A DNA stretch of 64,000 nt, from the NCBI GenBank assembly GCA_963711395.1, contig CAVQEA010000001.1, forward strand, positions 25,213 through 89,212. Direction: 5' to 3'. The position numbers were made by a program, and so were the translations under genes. Numbering within the stretch: position 1 is the first letter of the stretch; the number at the start of each line of letters is the position of its first letter. This document shows positions 42,594 through 54,803 of the stretch, one piece after another. The stretch comes from an uncultured delta proteobacterium. Lineage in GTDB: Bacteria > Desulfobacterota > Binatia > JACPRU01. A model generated the notes under the pieces. That model had not been told where the DNA came from. It was given only the letters and a program-made list of their open reading frames with translations, and searched no databases.

Positions 42594-43286
42594 ATGGAGG
42601 GTGCAGCCACACAAGCAGCGGGAGCCGCGGCAGCCGCGGCGCGCAAACATCAATCTCATCGACCTCATCCGGCAGGGGTGGTACGCGACCTACCCGCTGA
42701 TCTTCTTCTCGGTGGTGATGATGAGCATCGTCATCGAGCGGCTGTGGACGATGCGCGGCCTCGCGACGGCCATTCAGAACTTCACCGAGGAAGTCTGCGA
42801 TCATCTGCGGAGGGGAGATTTGCGTTCGGCCGCCAAGCTGATCGAGCAGCGGCAAGACCAAGTCGCCGGCCGCGCGCATCTATGCCGGACTGCTGCCGCT
42901 GATCCGCAAGGGCGACATCGAGGAGATCCTCGAGTACGGCGAACGCCGCCGGCTCGACGAGGGCCGCTTGCTCAAACGCGGGATCTGGGTGCTCGGAACC
43001 GATCGGCGCGTCGGCGCCCTTCATCGGTCTCTTCGGCACCGTCATCGGCATCATCAAGGCCTTCCACCAGATGGCGATCATGGGCACCGGCGGTTTCGCC
43101 GTCGTCGCCGCCGGCATCTCCGAAGCGCTGATCGCCACCGCGCTCGGCCTGATCGTCGCGATCGTCGCGGTCATCTTGTTCAACTACATGCAGGTGAGGA
43201 TCTCCAACCTCGACACCATGCTCCGCGTCGGCCTCGGCAAAGTCCTCGAAGCGGCGGATCTCGGAGGCGTGCATGGCTCTAAGTAA
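42594..43286 (+). CDS. exbB: MotA/TolQ/ExbB proton-channel protein; frameshifted
   Basis: IVIERLW, APFIGLFGTVIGIIKAF, GISEALIATALGL. Confidence 0.85.
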
Positions 43287-43707
43287 GTTCAGCGCGGAAG
43301 AATCTTCCGAGGGGTTGATGGCCGAGATCAACATCACCCCGCTCACCGACATCTTCCTGGTGCTGCTGATCATCTTCATGATCACCACCTCGGTGATGGT
43401 CGAGTCGGCCGCCAAGGTGAACCTGCCGAAGGCCTCGCAGACGGTTCAGGAGGCGCGGGGCTTGACGGTCTCGATCACCGCCGACAACAAGATCTTCGTC
43501 AACCAGATGCCGGTCGACCCTTCACAGCTCGAGCCGACTCTACGCGACCTTCTCGCCGACGATCCGAAGAAGCTGGTGATCCTGCAGGGGGACCAATCCG
43601 TCATGCTCGGCGAGGCGGTGCACGTGATGGATCTCGCCAAGCGCGCCGGTGCGCAGGCGATCTCCATCGCTGCGCGGAAGGAATCAGCCCCGGCGGCGGC
43701 GCAGTAA
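43273..43707 (+). CDS. exbD: ExbD/TolR protein
   Basis: AEINITPLTDIFLVLLIIFMI, VNLPKA, LQGD, VMDLAKRAG. Confidence 0.92.
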   Translation: MALSKFSAEESSEGLMAEINITPLTDIFLVLLIIFMITTSVMVESAAKVNLPKASQTVQEARGLTVSITADNKIFVNQMPVDPSQLEPTLRDLLADDPKKLVILQGDQSVMLGEAVHVMDLAKRAGAQAISIAARKESAPAAAQ

Positions 43708-43754
43708 CCGGCCGAGGGGGCGGAGGCGCCGTGAAACTTCGGACCCGTTCGCCG

Positions 43755-44310
43755 TCAGTGCACTCCCCCGCCGGCGACGAGCATCGACGGATCGATGCCG
43801 AGGGCGCGGACCGTCCTGGCCCAAATGTCGTCGAGCGGCGTCTTGAAGACGAGGTCGGGCGAAACGTCTGCGGCGAGCCATGCGCCGGCTCGCATCTCGC
43901 CCTCGAGCTGTCCTGCCCCCCACCCGGCGTAGCCGAGCAGGACCCGGAAGTCATTCGGCGGACGGCGGCAGAGCAGGCGGAAGGTCTCCATGTCCGAGGC
44001 GATGCGGATGCCGGGAGCCACCTCGCGTGAATTGACCGTCACGTCGTCCGCCACTTCGCCGTGCAGCAGGAAGCCCTGTTGGGGGCCGACCGGACCGCCA
44101 TAGAGGGCCGTGGCACGCTCGTCGCCGCCCCACTCGACGTTCAACCCCGAGCAAAGCTCACTGCACCTTACTGTCGCTCGCGCGATTGACGACGATCCCG
44201 AATGCCCCTTCCTCGTTCTTCTCGACGAGCAGCACGACGGTGCGGTGAAAGTTCGGATCGAGAAGATCCGGCATGGCGATGATCAGCGCGGGGGCGGCGA
44301 ATTCGTCCAT
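43755..44310 (-). CDS. YqgE/AlgH-family protein; frameshift near 44160
   Basis: [16 protein letters not shown]...GAFGIVVNR, then [22 protein letters not shown]. Confidence 0.88.
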
Positions 44311-44364
44311 GACGGCACTCTGGCAAGAAGCGCTCGCGGCGTCCAGACGCCTCGGCGCCCGGCG

Positions 44365-45214
44365 TCATCCCGAAGATCGGCGCTTGCGTCGGAGCAGGTC
44401 GCTGCCGCGCTCGGCGACGGCGTGGACGAGCTGGCCCATCTTCGGATGCTCTGGCTCGACGTCGACGCCGACGCCACGGCGCTCGAGCGCCTCGCGGCAG
44501 ATCGGGCCGATTGCGCCCACGACCACAGTCGCGAGCGCCGAGCGCACGTCCTCCCCATTCGCCTCGGCGATGCGAAAGAGGTGCTCCACCTGCGTGGCGC
44601 TGGTGAACAGCGCGACGTCGACGCCGCCGCTGCGCAGGCGATGGATCGCTTGGCGCAACGGCTCGAGGTCGGACGGCAGCGCCCAACGATAGATCGGTAC
44701 GCGCAGCACGTCTGCGCCGCGGTCGGTGAGTCCGAGGATCAGATCCGGATTCTCCGCACCGTACTCCTGGACGGCCACGCGCTTGCCAGCGAGCGACCCT
44801 TCCGCGTCGATCGCCGTGAGCAGCTCCCGCCAGGTGTTCGGCTCGGGGACGGCGATGGTCGGGCGCACGCCGAGCGCGGCGAGCGCCGCACGCGGCTTGG
44901 GACCCCGGACCACCGTGATGATCGACGAAAGCGCGGCGGCGAGCCGTTCGCGCTCGAGGCCCCGCTTCTCGAGAACCTCGACGAGGATTCGCGTGCCGAC
45001 CCCCGTGAGGAAGATCGCCGACGTCGATCTCGCGCCGCTCGAGCCGCTCGGCGAACTCGACGACCGCGGCGCTCTCGGCGAGAGGAAGCTCGCGCATCGC
45101 GGGCGCGGAGATCGGCTCCCCTCCGAGGCGGCGCACGAGCTCGGCGATCTCTGCGGCGCGGCGGCTCTCGAAGCAGACGACACGCAGCCCGGCGAGCGAA
45201 CGCGCCGCGCACAC
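44365..45214 (-). CDS. hemD: Uroporphyrinogen-III synthase; frameshifted
   Basis: FESRRAAE, FLTGVG, RGPKP, PEPNTWRELL, AVQEYG, VALFTSATQV, AIGP, EPEHPKMG. Confidence 0.85.
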
Positions 45215-46427
45215 TAGATCACTTCCTTCTCCCTAAGCGCGGCCACGTCGTCCCAAGAGATAGCCGAGCAGCTTCATGAGGATTTCCTCGGTGTGCTCAC
45301 CGAACTCGGGGGCCGCGCGTCGTATCGTGCCGGGGGTCTGTGACAAACGAAACGGCATGCCGACCATCTGTATCAGTGCCGAACGCCGGGTGATCGAAAT
45401 CGACGACGTAGTCGTTGGCCTTGACCTGCGGGTCGTTGGGAAGGTCGTCTACGCTCTGCACCCCGGTGAAGATGAAGTCTCCCGCCGCTTTGAGGATCGC
45501 GATCCACTCGGCGAGCGGCTTCTTTTCGAACGTCGCCGCCAGCCCGGCGATCGCCTCGCGCACGTTCGCCAGACGCGTCGCCGTGTCCTGGAAACGCGGG
45601 TCCTCGGCGAGTTCGTGCGCCCCGAGCGCGTGACAGAAGTCCTTCCAGTAGCGGTCGGCTTGCAGCATGCCGAGTGCGATCCAGCGGTCGTCGGCGCAGC
45701 GGTAGTGGTTCCAAAGTGGGTTGAACGTCATGCTGCGCGACGCACGCGGCATGGGGCTGCCGAGGATGAGCCGCGCCGAGACGTTCAGCCCCTGCAGAAA
45801 CATCATGCTCGACAACAAGGACGCATGGACTTCTTGCCCGATGCCGAACCGCTCTCGCGCGCACAGCGCGGTGACGACGGCGAAGGCGAGCATGGTCGCT
45901 CCCATCTGGTCGGCGATCCCTCCTGCCACTACGCAGGGCGGCATGTCGGGCTCGCCCGCGGCCATCATGATCCCGGATCGGGCTTGGCCCAAGTAGTCGT
46001 AGGAGGGGGCGGAACCGTCCACCCCGAGTGGGCCGTAGCCGTTGGCGTTGGCGTAGATGATCTTCGGGTTGTGCTTCTTCAAGTCGTCGTAGCCGATGCC
46101 GAGCCGATCGGCGACTCCCTTGCGGAAGTTCTGAACGAAGACGTCGGAATGCTTCGCGAGCTCGTAGACGATCTCTCGCGCCTGCGGCTTCTTGAGGTCG
46201 AGCGTCATCCCCCGCTTGTTGCGGTTGTTGGCGGTGAAGTAGAAGTTCGGTCGGTCGGAGGTCTCGAGGCCGGCCAGTCGGAGCATTCCGCGGCCTGGGT
46301 CGCCGGCGACGCGCTCCTCGATCTTGATCACGTCGGCGCCGAGGTCTCCGAGAATCGCCGAACAAACCGGTCCCTGCTGCCAGATCGTCCAATCCAAAAC
46401 ACGGATTCCCTCCAGCGGCATAGGCAT
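45214..46427 (-). CDS. CaiB/BaiF family III CoA-transferase; frameshifts at the 3' end
   Basis: PLEGIRVLD, LGDLGADVIKIE, GDPGR, NRNK..LDLK, NFRKG, GYG..G, YDYLGQA. Confidence 0.9.
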
Positions 46428-46561
46428 GACTCGTTCCCTCCGTCTTCGGGGCGGTTCGTCGCCCACCTAATTCGCAAAGCACTCTACCGGCACGGTCGCG
46501 ACGCGACGGTTCTTCATCGGCTCGGGCGCACTCTGTATACAAGGGGCGGAGCGAAATCGAG

Positions 46562-47005
46562 ATGCGAACAGCTTCTGTCGCGACGGTTGGCGCCCTCCTT
46601 CTCGCCGCTTTCGTAGGATGTTCGGCGCAGAAGCCGGACTATCTCTACGTCGACATGCAGGCGCAGCCGGTGCGGCTCCAGCTCCTCAAGAGCTTCGGGC
46701 GCTACGACCAACGCTACGCGCCGGTGGCGATCAGCGAGTGCGCCGTCTACGAAGCGTCCACGCCGGGTGACAGTGATCACCAGCCGTATCCAGAAGAGAT
46801 CTGGCGGGTGGTCAACGTCGCGCCCGATTTTGCCGTCGTGGAGCTCCGCTACGGCGTGGTGCCGCGAGGCTTCCTGCAGTCCTATCCATCCGGCAAGCCG
46901 CCGCCTCCGCTGCTCCCCGGGCACCAATACGTCGCGGAATGCAGCGGCGACATCGAAGGCTCGAACCAGTTCGCGATTCCCGAGGGGCCGACGCCCCCTC
47001 GCTAG
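46562..47005 (+). CDS. Hypothetical lipoprotein
   Basis: Signal peptide ending in a lipobox-like AFVG-C; no recognisable domain. Confidence 0.6.
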   Translation: MRTASVATVGALLLAAFVGCSAQKPDYLYVDMQAQPVRLQLLKSFGRYDQRYAPVAISECAVYEASTPGDSDHQPYPEEIWRVVNVAPDFAVVELRYGVVPRGFLQSYPSGKPPPPLLPGHQYVAECSGDIEGSNQFAIPEGPTPPR

Positions 47006-47023
47006 CGTGCGGGCGGTCGTCCG

Positions 47024-48920
<1,897 letters not shown>

Positions 48921-48983
48921 TGACTATCTTATTTCTAGCGGTCTGGCGGCTACCGGAGCAACACCCAGCGGCGTCGGGTTTCG

Positions 48984-49292
48984 CTACCCGTCGGAGAGAT
49001 CCTGCTCCCAGGAAAGCTTGTGCTTCTTGCCGGCATTGCACCCCTTGCAAGCCGGAACCACGTTCCCCCTAGTCGAACGCCCGCCGCGCACGAGAGGCAC
49101 TACGTGGTCCATCGTCAGCGTCTGTGGGGCGAAGCGGCCACCGCAATAGTGACAGATCCCGCTCGCTCGTCTGCGCTTCCACCATTGCGTGCGGCGGAGC
49201 TCCCGTGCCCGCGCGCGCTCGCGGCGGATCTGCTCGCCGTCAGCCGCGGCGGTAAACGATCCGAGCGAGAGAACGCTCGATGGATCTTCCAC
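48984..49292 (-). CDS. Small HNH endonuclease-domain protein
   Basis: CHYC, TMDHVVP..RGG, NVVPACKGCN. Confidence 0.88.
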   Translation of the reverse strand: MEDPSSVLSLGSFTAAADGEQIRRERARARELRRTQWWKRRRASGICHYCGGRFAPQTLTMDHVVPLVRGGRSTRGNVVPACKGCNAGKKHKLSWEQDLSDG

Positions 49293-49332
49293 GATTCCGA
49301 GGCTATACGAGAGCCACCGGCGGGTGAAGGGG

Positions 49333-50355
49333 ATGCGAACGGGTATCGTCACCGATCGGAGCTTTCTGGCTCACGACACCGGCGCTGGGCATCCGGAGAG
49401 TGCTGATCGACTGCTTGCGATCGGTCGCTGGCTCGACGCGCACCCGGCCCCCGATCGCCTGGCCATCGACGCACGGCAGGCGACCATGCAGGAGCTCATC
49501 GGCGTGCACACCCCCGAGCACGTGGAGCGCGTGGAAGTCACCGCGCACTTGCCGCGTTACGCGTTCGACGCCGACACGCCTGTATCGCCCCGGTCCTTCG
49601 AGGCGGCGTGCCGGGCCGCGGGCGGTGTCTTGGCGCTCGTCGATGCAGTCATGGCCGGGCGGATCGACAACGGTTTCGCCTTCGTGCGCCCCCCGGGGCA
49701 CCATGCCGAACGCGACCGGGCGATGGGCTTTTGCCTCTTCAACAACGTCGCGATCGCGGCGGCGCATCTCCGAGCGACGCACGGCCTCGAGCGCGTACTG
49801 GTCGTCGACTGGGACGTTCACCACGGCAACGGCACGCAGCACGCGTTCTACGCCGATCCCAGCGTGCTGTTCGTTTCGTCTCACCAGTATCCGTTCTATC
49901 CCGGCACCGGCGCGGCTCGAGAGGTCGGCGCTGGAGAAGGCGAAGGGTTCACGCTCAACTTGCCGTTCCCCGCTGGCTACGGCGACGCCCAGTATGTGCA
50001 GGCGTTCGTCGATGTGGTCGAGCCGGTCGCTCGTCGATTCAACCCGCAATTCGTCCTCGTCTCCGCCGGTTTCGACGCGCACCGGCGGGATCCGCTCGCG
50101 GGCATGAACGTGACCGAGGTGGGGTTCGCTCAGCTCGCAAGGCTGCTCCTTCAGATCGCACGTGACGTCTGCCGGAACCGGCTCGTCGCGGTTCTCGAAG
50201 GCGGATACGATTTCGAGGCACTCGCGCGCTCGGTCGGCGCGGTGCTTGGCGAAATGCATGGCGCCGCTCTGAACGAGGTGGTAACGCCGCCGACGGGAGA
50301 CCGTGCGGACGTGCGCTTGCCGCTGGAGATCGCTCGGCACTACTGGAAAATCTGA
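49333..50355 (+). CDS. Histone deacetylase-family (AcuC/AphA-like) protein
   Basis: HPES..R, RPPGHHA, GFCLFNN, DWDVHHGNGTQ, SAGFDAH, LEGGY. Confidence 0.93.
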   Translation: MRTGIVTDRSFLAHDTGAGHPESADRLLAIGRWLDAHPAPDRLAIDARQATMQELIGVHTPEHVERVEVTAHLPRYAFDADTPVSPRSFEAACRAAGGVLALVDAVMAGRIDNGFAFVRPPGHHAERDRAMGFCLFNNVAIAAAHLRATHGLERVLVVDWDVHHGNGTQHAFYADPSVLFVSSHQYPFYPGTGAAREVGAGEGEGFTLNLPFPAGYGDAQYVQAFVDVVEPVARRFNPQFVLVSAGFDAHRRDPLAGMNVTEVGFAQLARLLLQIARDVCRNRLVAVLEGGYDFEALARSVGAVLGEMHGAALNEVVTPPTGDRADVRLPLEIARHYWKI

Positions 50356-50403
50356 CCGCCGATCCTGCGCGAACGCGTACGTTTCGCCGCTCGACCGCGC
50401 CGG

Positions 50404-52737
50404 TCAGAAGTCGCCGCGGTAGAAGTCGTCGGGGGCCGGGCCCTGGGCACGCTGTATCATCTGGGCCGGCTCGCTGCCGCGCCGGAAGCACTCGAGCAGG
50501 AGATGGTCGTCGCCCGGAGTGGCTCGCAAGCCGGTCTTGGCGTCGATGTTGACGAAGACGATGCCATCGGGGATCGCGAAATCGACGATCGGCATGTCCT
50601 CGGTCGCGCCCTGCATGAACTCGAGCCAGATCGGCACCGCCGCCCGCCCGCCGGTCTCCTCCTTGCCGAGCGATTTCTTTTCGTCGAAGCCAACCCAGGC
50701 TCCGGCTACGAGTTCCGGCGTGAAGCCGATGAACCAGGCGTCCATCTGGTCGTTCGTCGTCCCGGTCTTTCCGGCCGCCGGCCGGGCCAACACTTTTGCG
50801 CGGTGGCCGGTGCCGCGATCGATCACGCTCTTCAGAACGCTGGTGATGAGATAGGCGGTCTCCGGCGAGAGCGCCTGTTCGTAGTAAGGCTTGCGCTCCT
50901 CGACGACCGCGCCAGCAGCGTCGGTGATCTTGGTGATGAAGATCGGATCGTACAGCTTCCCGCCCGTCGCGAACGTGTCGTAGGCACGCACCAACTCGAG
51001 CAGCGTCACCTCGGAGCTGCCGAGGGCGATCGAAAGGTTGCGCGGGAACGGCCGCTCGAAGCCGAAGCGAGGCAAGTACGAGATCAGGTAGGAAAGGCCG
51101 ATGTCCTGGGCGACCTTCACGGTGACGACGTTGATCGAGTGCACCAGCGCCTCACGCAGCCGCGTCGGTCCACGGAACTCCTGCTCGTAGTTCTCGGGCT
51201 TCCAGATCCGGTTGCTGCCATCGTCGAAGCTGATCGGAGAATCGACGACAATCGATGCAGGGGTGTAGCCGTGATCGAACGCTGCGGCATAGACGAGCGG
51301 CTTGAAAGCCGAACCGGGCTGGCGGAGAGCCTGTACGGCCCGGTTGAACTGGCTACGCGAGTAGTCGTAGCCGCCTACCATGGCGCGCACGTAGCCGGTG
51401 TTGGCGTCGAGAGCCAGAAACGCGCCCTCGGTATCCGGATCCTGGTCCAGCGACACTTCGAAGGAGCGCCCCGGCGATACGACCTGCTCGATTTTCACCA
51501 ACACGACGTCGCCGGGGTGAAAGCTGGCGGTCGTCCAGCCGCGCGCCCACGAGAGACCCGAAGAGGGGAGAACTGCTTCCGCGGCGCCGATGCGCAAGCG
51601 CAGGTGGTCCGCGGCCGCACGGACGACCAGCGCTTCCACGCTCGCACCGCCAGCCGGGCCCCCCTTCGGCAGTGTCCGTTGCTGTTGCTCGAGAAAGGAC
51701 GCGGCGTCGCGCTCGGAGAGCCGCCGCAGGGGCCCGCGATAGCCGCGGCGCCGATCGAGGGCCTTCAGGCCGGTGCGTACGGCGCGCTCGGCGATCCGCT
51801 GCATGTGCAGGTCGAGCGAAGTGTCGATCCGCAAGCCGAGCTCGTAGGGCCCACGATTGCCGTAGCGATCCTCGAGCAGGCGGCGCACGTACTCGAGGTA
51901 GTCGGGAGCGTTGGCGTACGATTGGCGCCGCTGTCCGAGCACCACGTGGACGGGAATGCGCGCGGCATCTTCGCGCTGGGGGTGCGTGATGTAGCCGTCC
52001 GCCTCCATGCGGTCGAGCACGTAGAGCTCGCGGGTGCGGGCGCGGTTTTCGTGGTGGATCGGTGAGGTGCGACTAGGCGCCTGCGGCAGCCCGGCGAGCA
52101 AAGCCGCCTCAGGCAGTGTCAAATCCTCGACGTTCTTGTTGAAGTAAACCTGGGCGGCGGCCGCCACACCGTATGCGCCGGCCCCGAGATAGATCTGGTT
52201 CAGGTAGAGATAGAGGATTTCGTCCTTGCTGAACTGGCCTTCGAGCCTCAGGGAAAGCAGCACCTCCTTGATTTTGCGCTCGTAGCTCCGCTCGGGGGTG
52301 AGTAGCAGCGACTTGACCACTTGCTGCGTGATCGTGCTGCCCCCCTGAACGACCCCGCCGGCAAAGAGATTGTTCAGGAGCGCGCGAGCGATGCTCGCGA
52401 CGTCCACGCCACGATGCCGGTAGAAGTTGGAGTCCTCGGCGGCGATGAACGCCTCGCGGACCACGACTGGAATCCTGTCGAGCGGAACGAGGTAGCGCCT
52501 TTCGAGGAAGAACTCGCCAACCAGCTCACCACCCAAAGCGTACACCTGAGTAGCGACGGCGGGGCGATAAGCGGCCAATTGATCGACCGGAGGCAAGTCC
52601 TTGCGGATCTCGCGCAGCACGAGGAAGCCGACGACCCCGGCTACGGTAGCGCCGAACAGGAGTGCAACGACCAGGATGCGCAGCAGAGCGGCCCGGATCG
52701 AACGCCGAGGGCGGGGGGCCCGGTCGCGTCGTTGCAT
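50404..52737 (-). CDS. mrcA: Class A penicillin-binding protein 1A
   Basis: AAED..FY.H.GVD, GGSTITQQ, YLNQIYLG, RQPGSAFKP (SxxK), SIN (SxN), GKTGTTND. Confidence 0.93.
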   Translation of the reverse strand: MQRRDRAPRPRRSIRAALLRILVVALLFGATVAGVVGFLVLREIRKDLPPVDQLAAYRPAVATQVYALGGELVGEFFLERRYLVPLDRIPVVVREAFIAAEDSNFYRHRGVDVASIARALLNNLFAGGVVQGGSTITQQVVKSLLLTPERSYERKIKEVLLSLRLEGQFSKDEILYLYLNQIYLGAGAYGVAAAAQVYFNKNVEDLTLPEAALLAGLPQAPSRTSPIHHENRARTRELYVLDRMEADGYITHPQREDAARIPVHVVLGQRRQSYANAPDYLEYVRRLLEDRYGNRGPYELGLRIDTSLDLHMQRIAERAVRTGLKALDRRRGYRGPLRRLSERDAASFLEQQQRTLPKGGPAGGASVEALVVRAAADHLRLRIGAAEAVLPSSGLSWARGWTTASFHPGDVVLVKIEQVVSPGRSFEVSLDQDPDTEGAFLALDANTGYVRAMVGGYDYSRSQFNRAVQALRQPGSAFKPLVYAAAFDHGYTPASIVVDSPISFDDGSNRIWKPENYEQEFRGPTRLREALVHSINVVTVKVAQDIGLSYLISYLPRFGFERPFPRNLSIALGSSEVTLLELVRAYDTFATGGKLYDPIFITKITDAAGAVVEERKPYYEQALSPETAYLITSVLKSVIDRGTGHRAKVLARPAAGKTGTTNDQMDAWFIGFTPELVAGAWVGFDEKKSLGKEETGGRAAVPIWLEFMQGATEDMPIVDFAIPDGIVFVNIDAKTGLRATPGDDHLLLECFRRGSEPAQMIQRAQGPAPDDFYRGDF

Positions 52738-52912
52738 CTCAGCCGCGGACAGTACGCGCGGTCCGGAAGGGGGTCAACCTACCACGCCTGCTCACGACCC
52801 CCCGCGGAGTGACCGCTACGCGGCTTCGCGATAGGAGTTGTAATCTGAAGACTCTAGGACCGTCCGACCTCGTGACTGACACGGGCCCGCGCAAAGGAGG
52901 ATCGGGGATGTG

Positions 52913-53656
52913 ATGGAGCGGAGCGTTCTCTTCGTCGCGGCGCTCGGTTGGGAGGCGGAAACCATCGCGCCCCTCATCGATGGCAAGGTGATTTCGCGTC
53001 GCGGGCCGTTTACCCTCTGGAAGGGTCGGAGCGGGATGGCGGTCCATTGGTTGCTCCGCGTCGGCGTCGGCCCCGAGCGAGCGGCGCAAGGAATGCGGTG
53101 GGCGGTGGACGTGGTGCGCCCGACCGTCGTCGCTTCCACCGGCTGCGCCGGAGCGCTTGCGAAAGAGATCGACGTGGGTAACGTCGTGGTGGCCGACGCG
53201 GTGGTGGATGGACGCGGCACGGCCCGTGCGACGAGCGTCGAATGGCGAGAGCACTATCGTCGCGCCGCCGTAGCGGCAGGACTCGTGCCCTACGTGGGAC
53301 GAATCCTCACCAGCGAGGCAATCCTGTGCGATCCGGCAAGCAAGACGCACGCAGCAGAGACGAGCGGCGGGCTGGCGGTCGAGATGGAAGCGGCCGCGAT
53401 CGCGGAGTGTTGCGCCGCCAAGGGCCTCGAATTCTGCGCGGCGCGGGTAATCCTCGACGCTGCGAACACCCCGCTTGTCCCGGAGTTGACTGCCATCGTC
53501 AATGCGGACGGCCGGGTCTCGGCGCCGGCCCTCCTGCGCGTGCTTGCCCGACGCCCCGGTCTATTCCGTGAGCTACTCGGCGTCGGATCTGCCATGCGAA
53601 CTTGCAGACGGGCGCTCGCCGGCTTGCACCGCGAGTTGATCAGCCCGGCGCGTTGA
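52913..53656 (+). CDS. hpnG: Nucleoside phosphorylase-fold protein, HpnG-like (adenosylhopane nucleosidase)
   Basis: STGCAGAL, AVEMEAAAIA, RVILD; adjacent to hpnH. Confidence 0.7.
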   Translation: MERSVLFVAALGWEAETIAPLIDGKVISRRGPFTLWKGRSGMAVHWLLRVGVGPERAAQGMRWAVDVVRPTVVASTGCAGALAKEIDVGNVVVADAVVDGRGTARATSVEWREHYRRAAVAAGLVPYVGRILTSEAILCDPASKTHAAETSGGLAVEMEAAAIAECCAAKGLEFCAARVILDAANTPLVPELTAIVNADGRVSAPALLRVLARRPGLFRELLGVGSAMRTCRRALAGLHRELISPAR

Positions 53657-53696
53657 GATTGTTGCCAAAGCGGTGCCCGTCCGCTAAAGGGACGCC

Positions 53697-53710
53697 TGAC
53701 CATATGGTCA
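53697..53710. promoter_or_regulatory. Perfect 14-bp palindrome upstream of hpnH
   Basis: TGACCATATGGTCA, 27 bp before the ATG at 53738. Confidence 0.45.
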
Positions 53711-53737
53711 AGGAAGGGTCTGGGGTGGACTGAACCG

Positions 53738-54736
53738 ATGCGCTTTCCCCTGCATGTCACCACCGACATGATGCGGTGGCAGATCAAGAACAGACTGGAA
53801 GGCAACAAGCGCTTCCCTGTAGTGCTCATGCTCGAGCCCCTTTACACGTGCAATTTGGCCTGCCTGGGTTGCACGCCCGAGCGGCACACGGGGGACATCC
53901 GAAACCGCTTGTCTCTCGAGCAATGCGTTCAGGCTCTCGACGATTCCGGCGCGCCGGTCCTCTCCATCTGTGGGGGTGAACCGACGATCTACCCGGAGCT
54001 CGTGCCCCTCGTACAGGCAGCCGTCGAGCGCAAGAAGCACATCTATCTTTGCACAAACGGCATTCTTCTGGATCGCTTCTTCGAGAAGACCAAACCGCAC
54101 CCGCGACTCTCGATCAACGTCCACCTCGACGGGATGCGCGAGACCCATGACTTCGTCTGTGATCGGGACGGGGTTTTCGACAAAGCAATCGCCATGGTCC
54201 AGAAGGGGCTCTCGCTCGGATACCAGATGTGCACCAATACCACGGTCTTCAAAGAGACCTCGGTCGAAGAGATCGAGGAGATGATGAAGCTCCTGGTCTC
54301 GCTCGGCGTGCACGGGATGTTCATCTCCCCCGGCTATCACTACGAGAAGCTCGACACGGAGCACTTCATGTTCCGCAAGGAGATCCACGAGAAGTTCACC
54401 AAAATCCTCGCGCTGGCAGCGAAGTATCCGGTCTACAACACGCCGCTCTTTCTGGAGTTTGCCGCTGGGCGCCGCGACTATCCGTGCACCCCTTGGGGCA
54501 ACGTGACCCGCACGCCGCTCGGTTGGAAGGGGCCGTGTTACCTGATCGGTGACAGGTACTATCCGACGTGGGAAGAGTTCTGGGAGAGCGTGGACTGGGA
54601 TTACTGGGAGAAGCGTGAGGATGACCGCTGCCAGAATTGCTTCATGCACTCGGGGTTCGAGCCCTCGGTCGTCCGCAAGCTCGGTGAGAGCTGGAGCGAC
54701 GTCTGGACGATGGCGAAGTGGCAGTTCCTCTCCTGA
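53738..54736 (+). CDS. hpnH: Radical SAM adenosyl-hopene transferase HpnH-like
   Basis: RFPVVLMLEPLYTCNLACLGC, ICGGEP, CTPWGNVTRTPLGW..PCYL, CQNCFMHSGFE. Confidence 0.85.
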   Translation: MRFPLHVTTDMMRWQIKNRLEGNKRFPVVLMLEPLYTCNLACLGCTPERHTGDIRNRLSLEQCVQALDDSGAPVLSICGGEPTIYPELVPLVQAAVERKKHIYLCTNGILLDRFFEKTKPHPRLSINVHLDGMRETHDFVCDRDGVFDKAIAMVQKGLSLGYQMCTNTTVFKETSVEEIEEMMKLLVSLGVHGMFISPGYHYEKLDTEHFMFRKEIHEKFTKILALAAKYPVYNTPLFLEFAAGRRDYPCTPWGNVTRTPLGWKGPCYLIGDRYYPTWEEFWESVDWDYWEKREDDRCQNCFMHSGFEPSVVRKLGESWSDVWTMAKWQFLS

Positions 54737-54803
54737 GCGTCGCCGCTTCGTACCGCCCACTGGCGTGATTGACCGCCGTGCGGTGCGGTGAAACTATCCT
54801 GCG

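Noticed and set aside
53656-53737. GGTGCCC...AAAGGGA resembling the start of a cobalamin riboswitch
   Set aside because: The gap is only about 80 bp and the downstream conserved elements (B12 box, GCCACTG) are absent.
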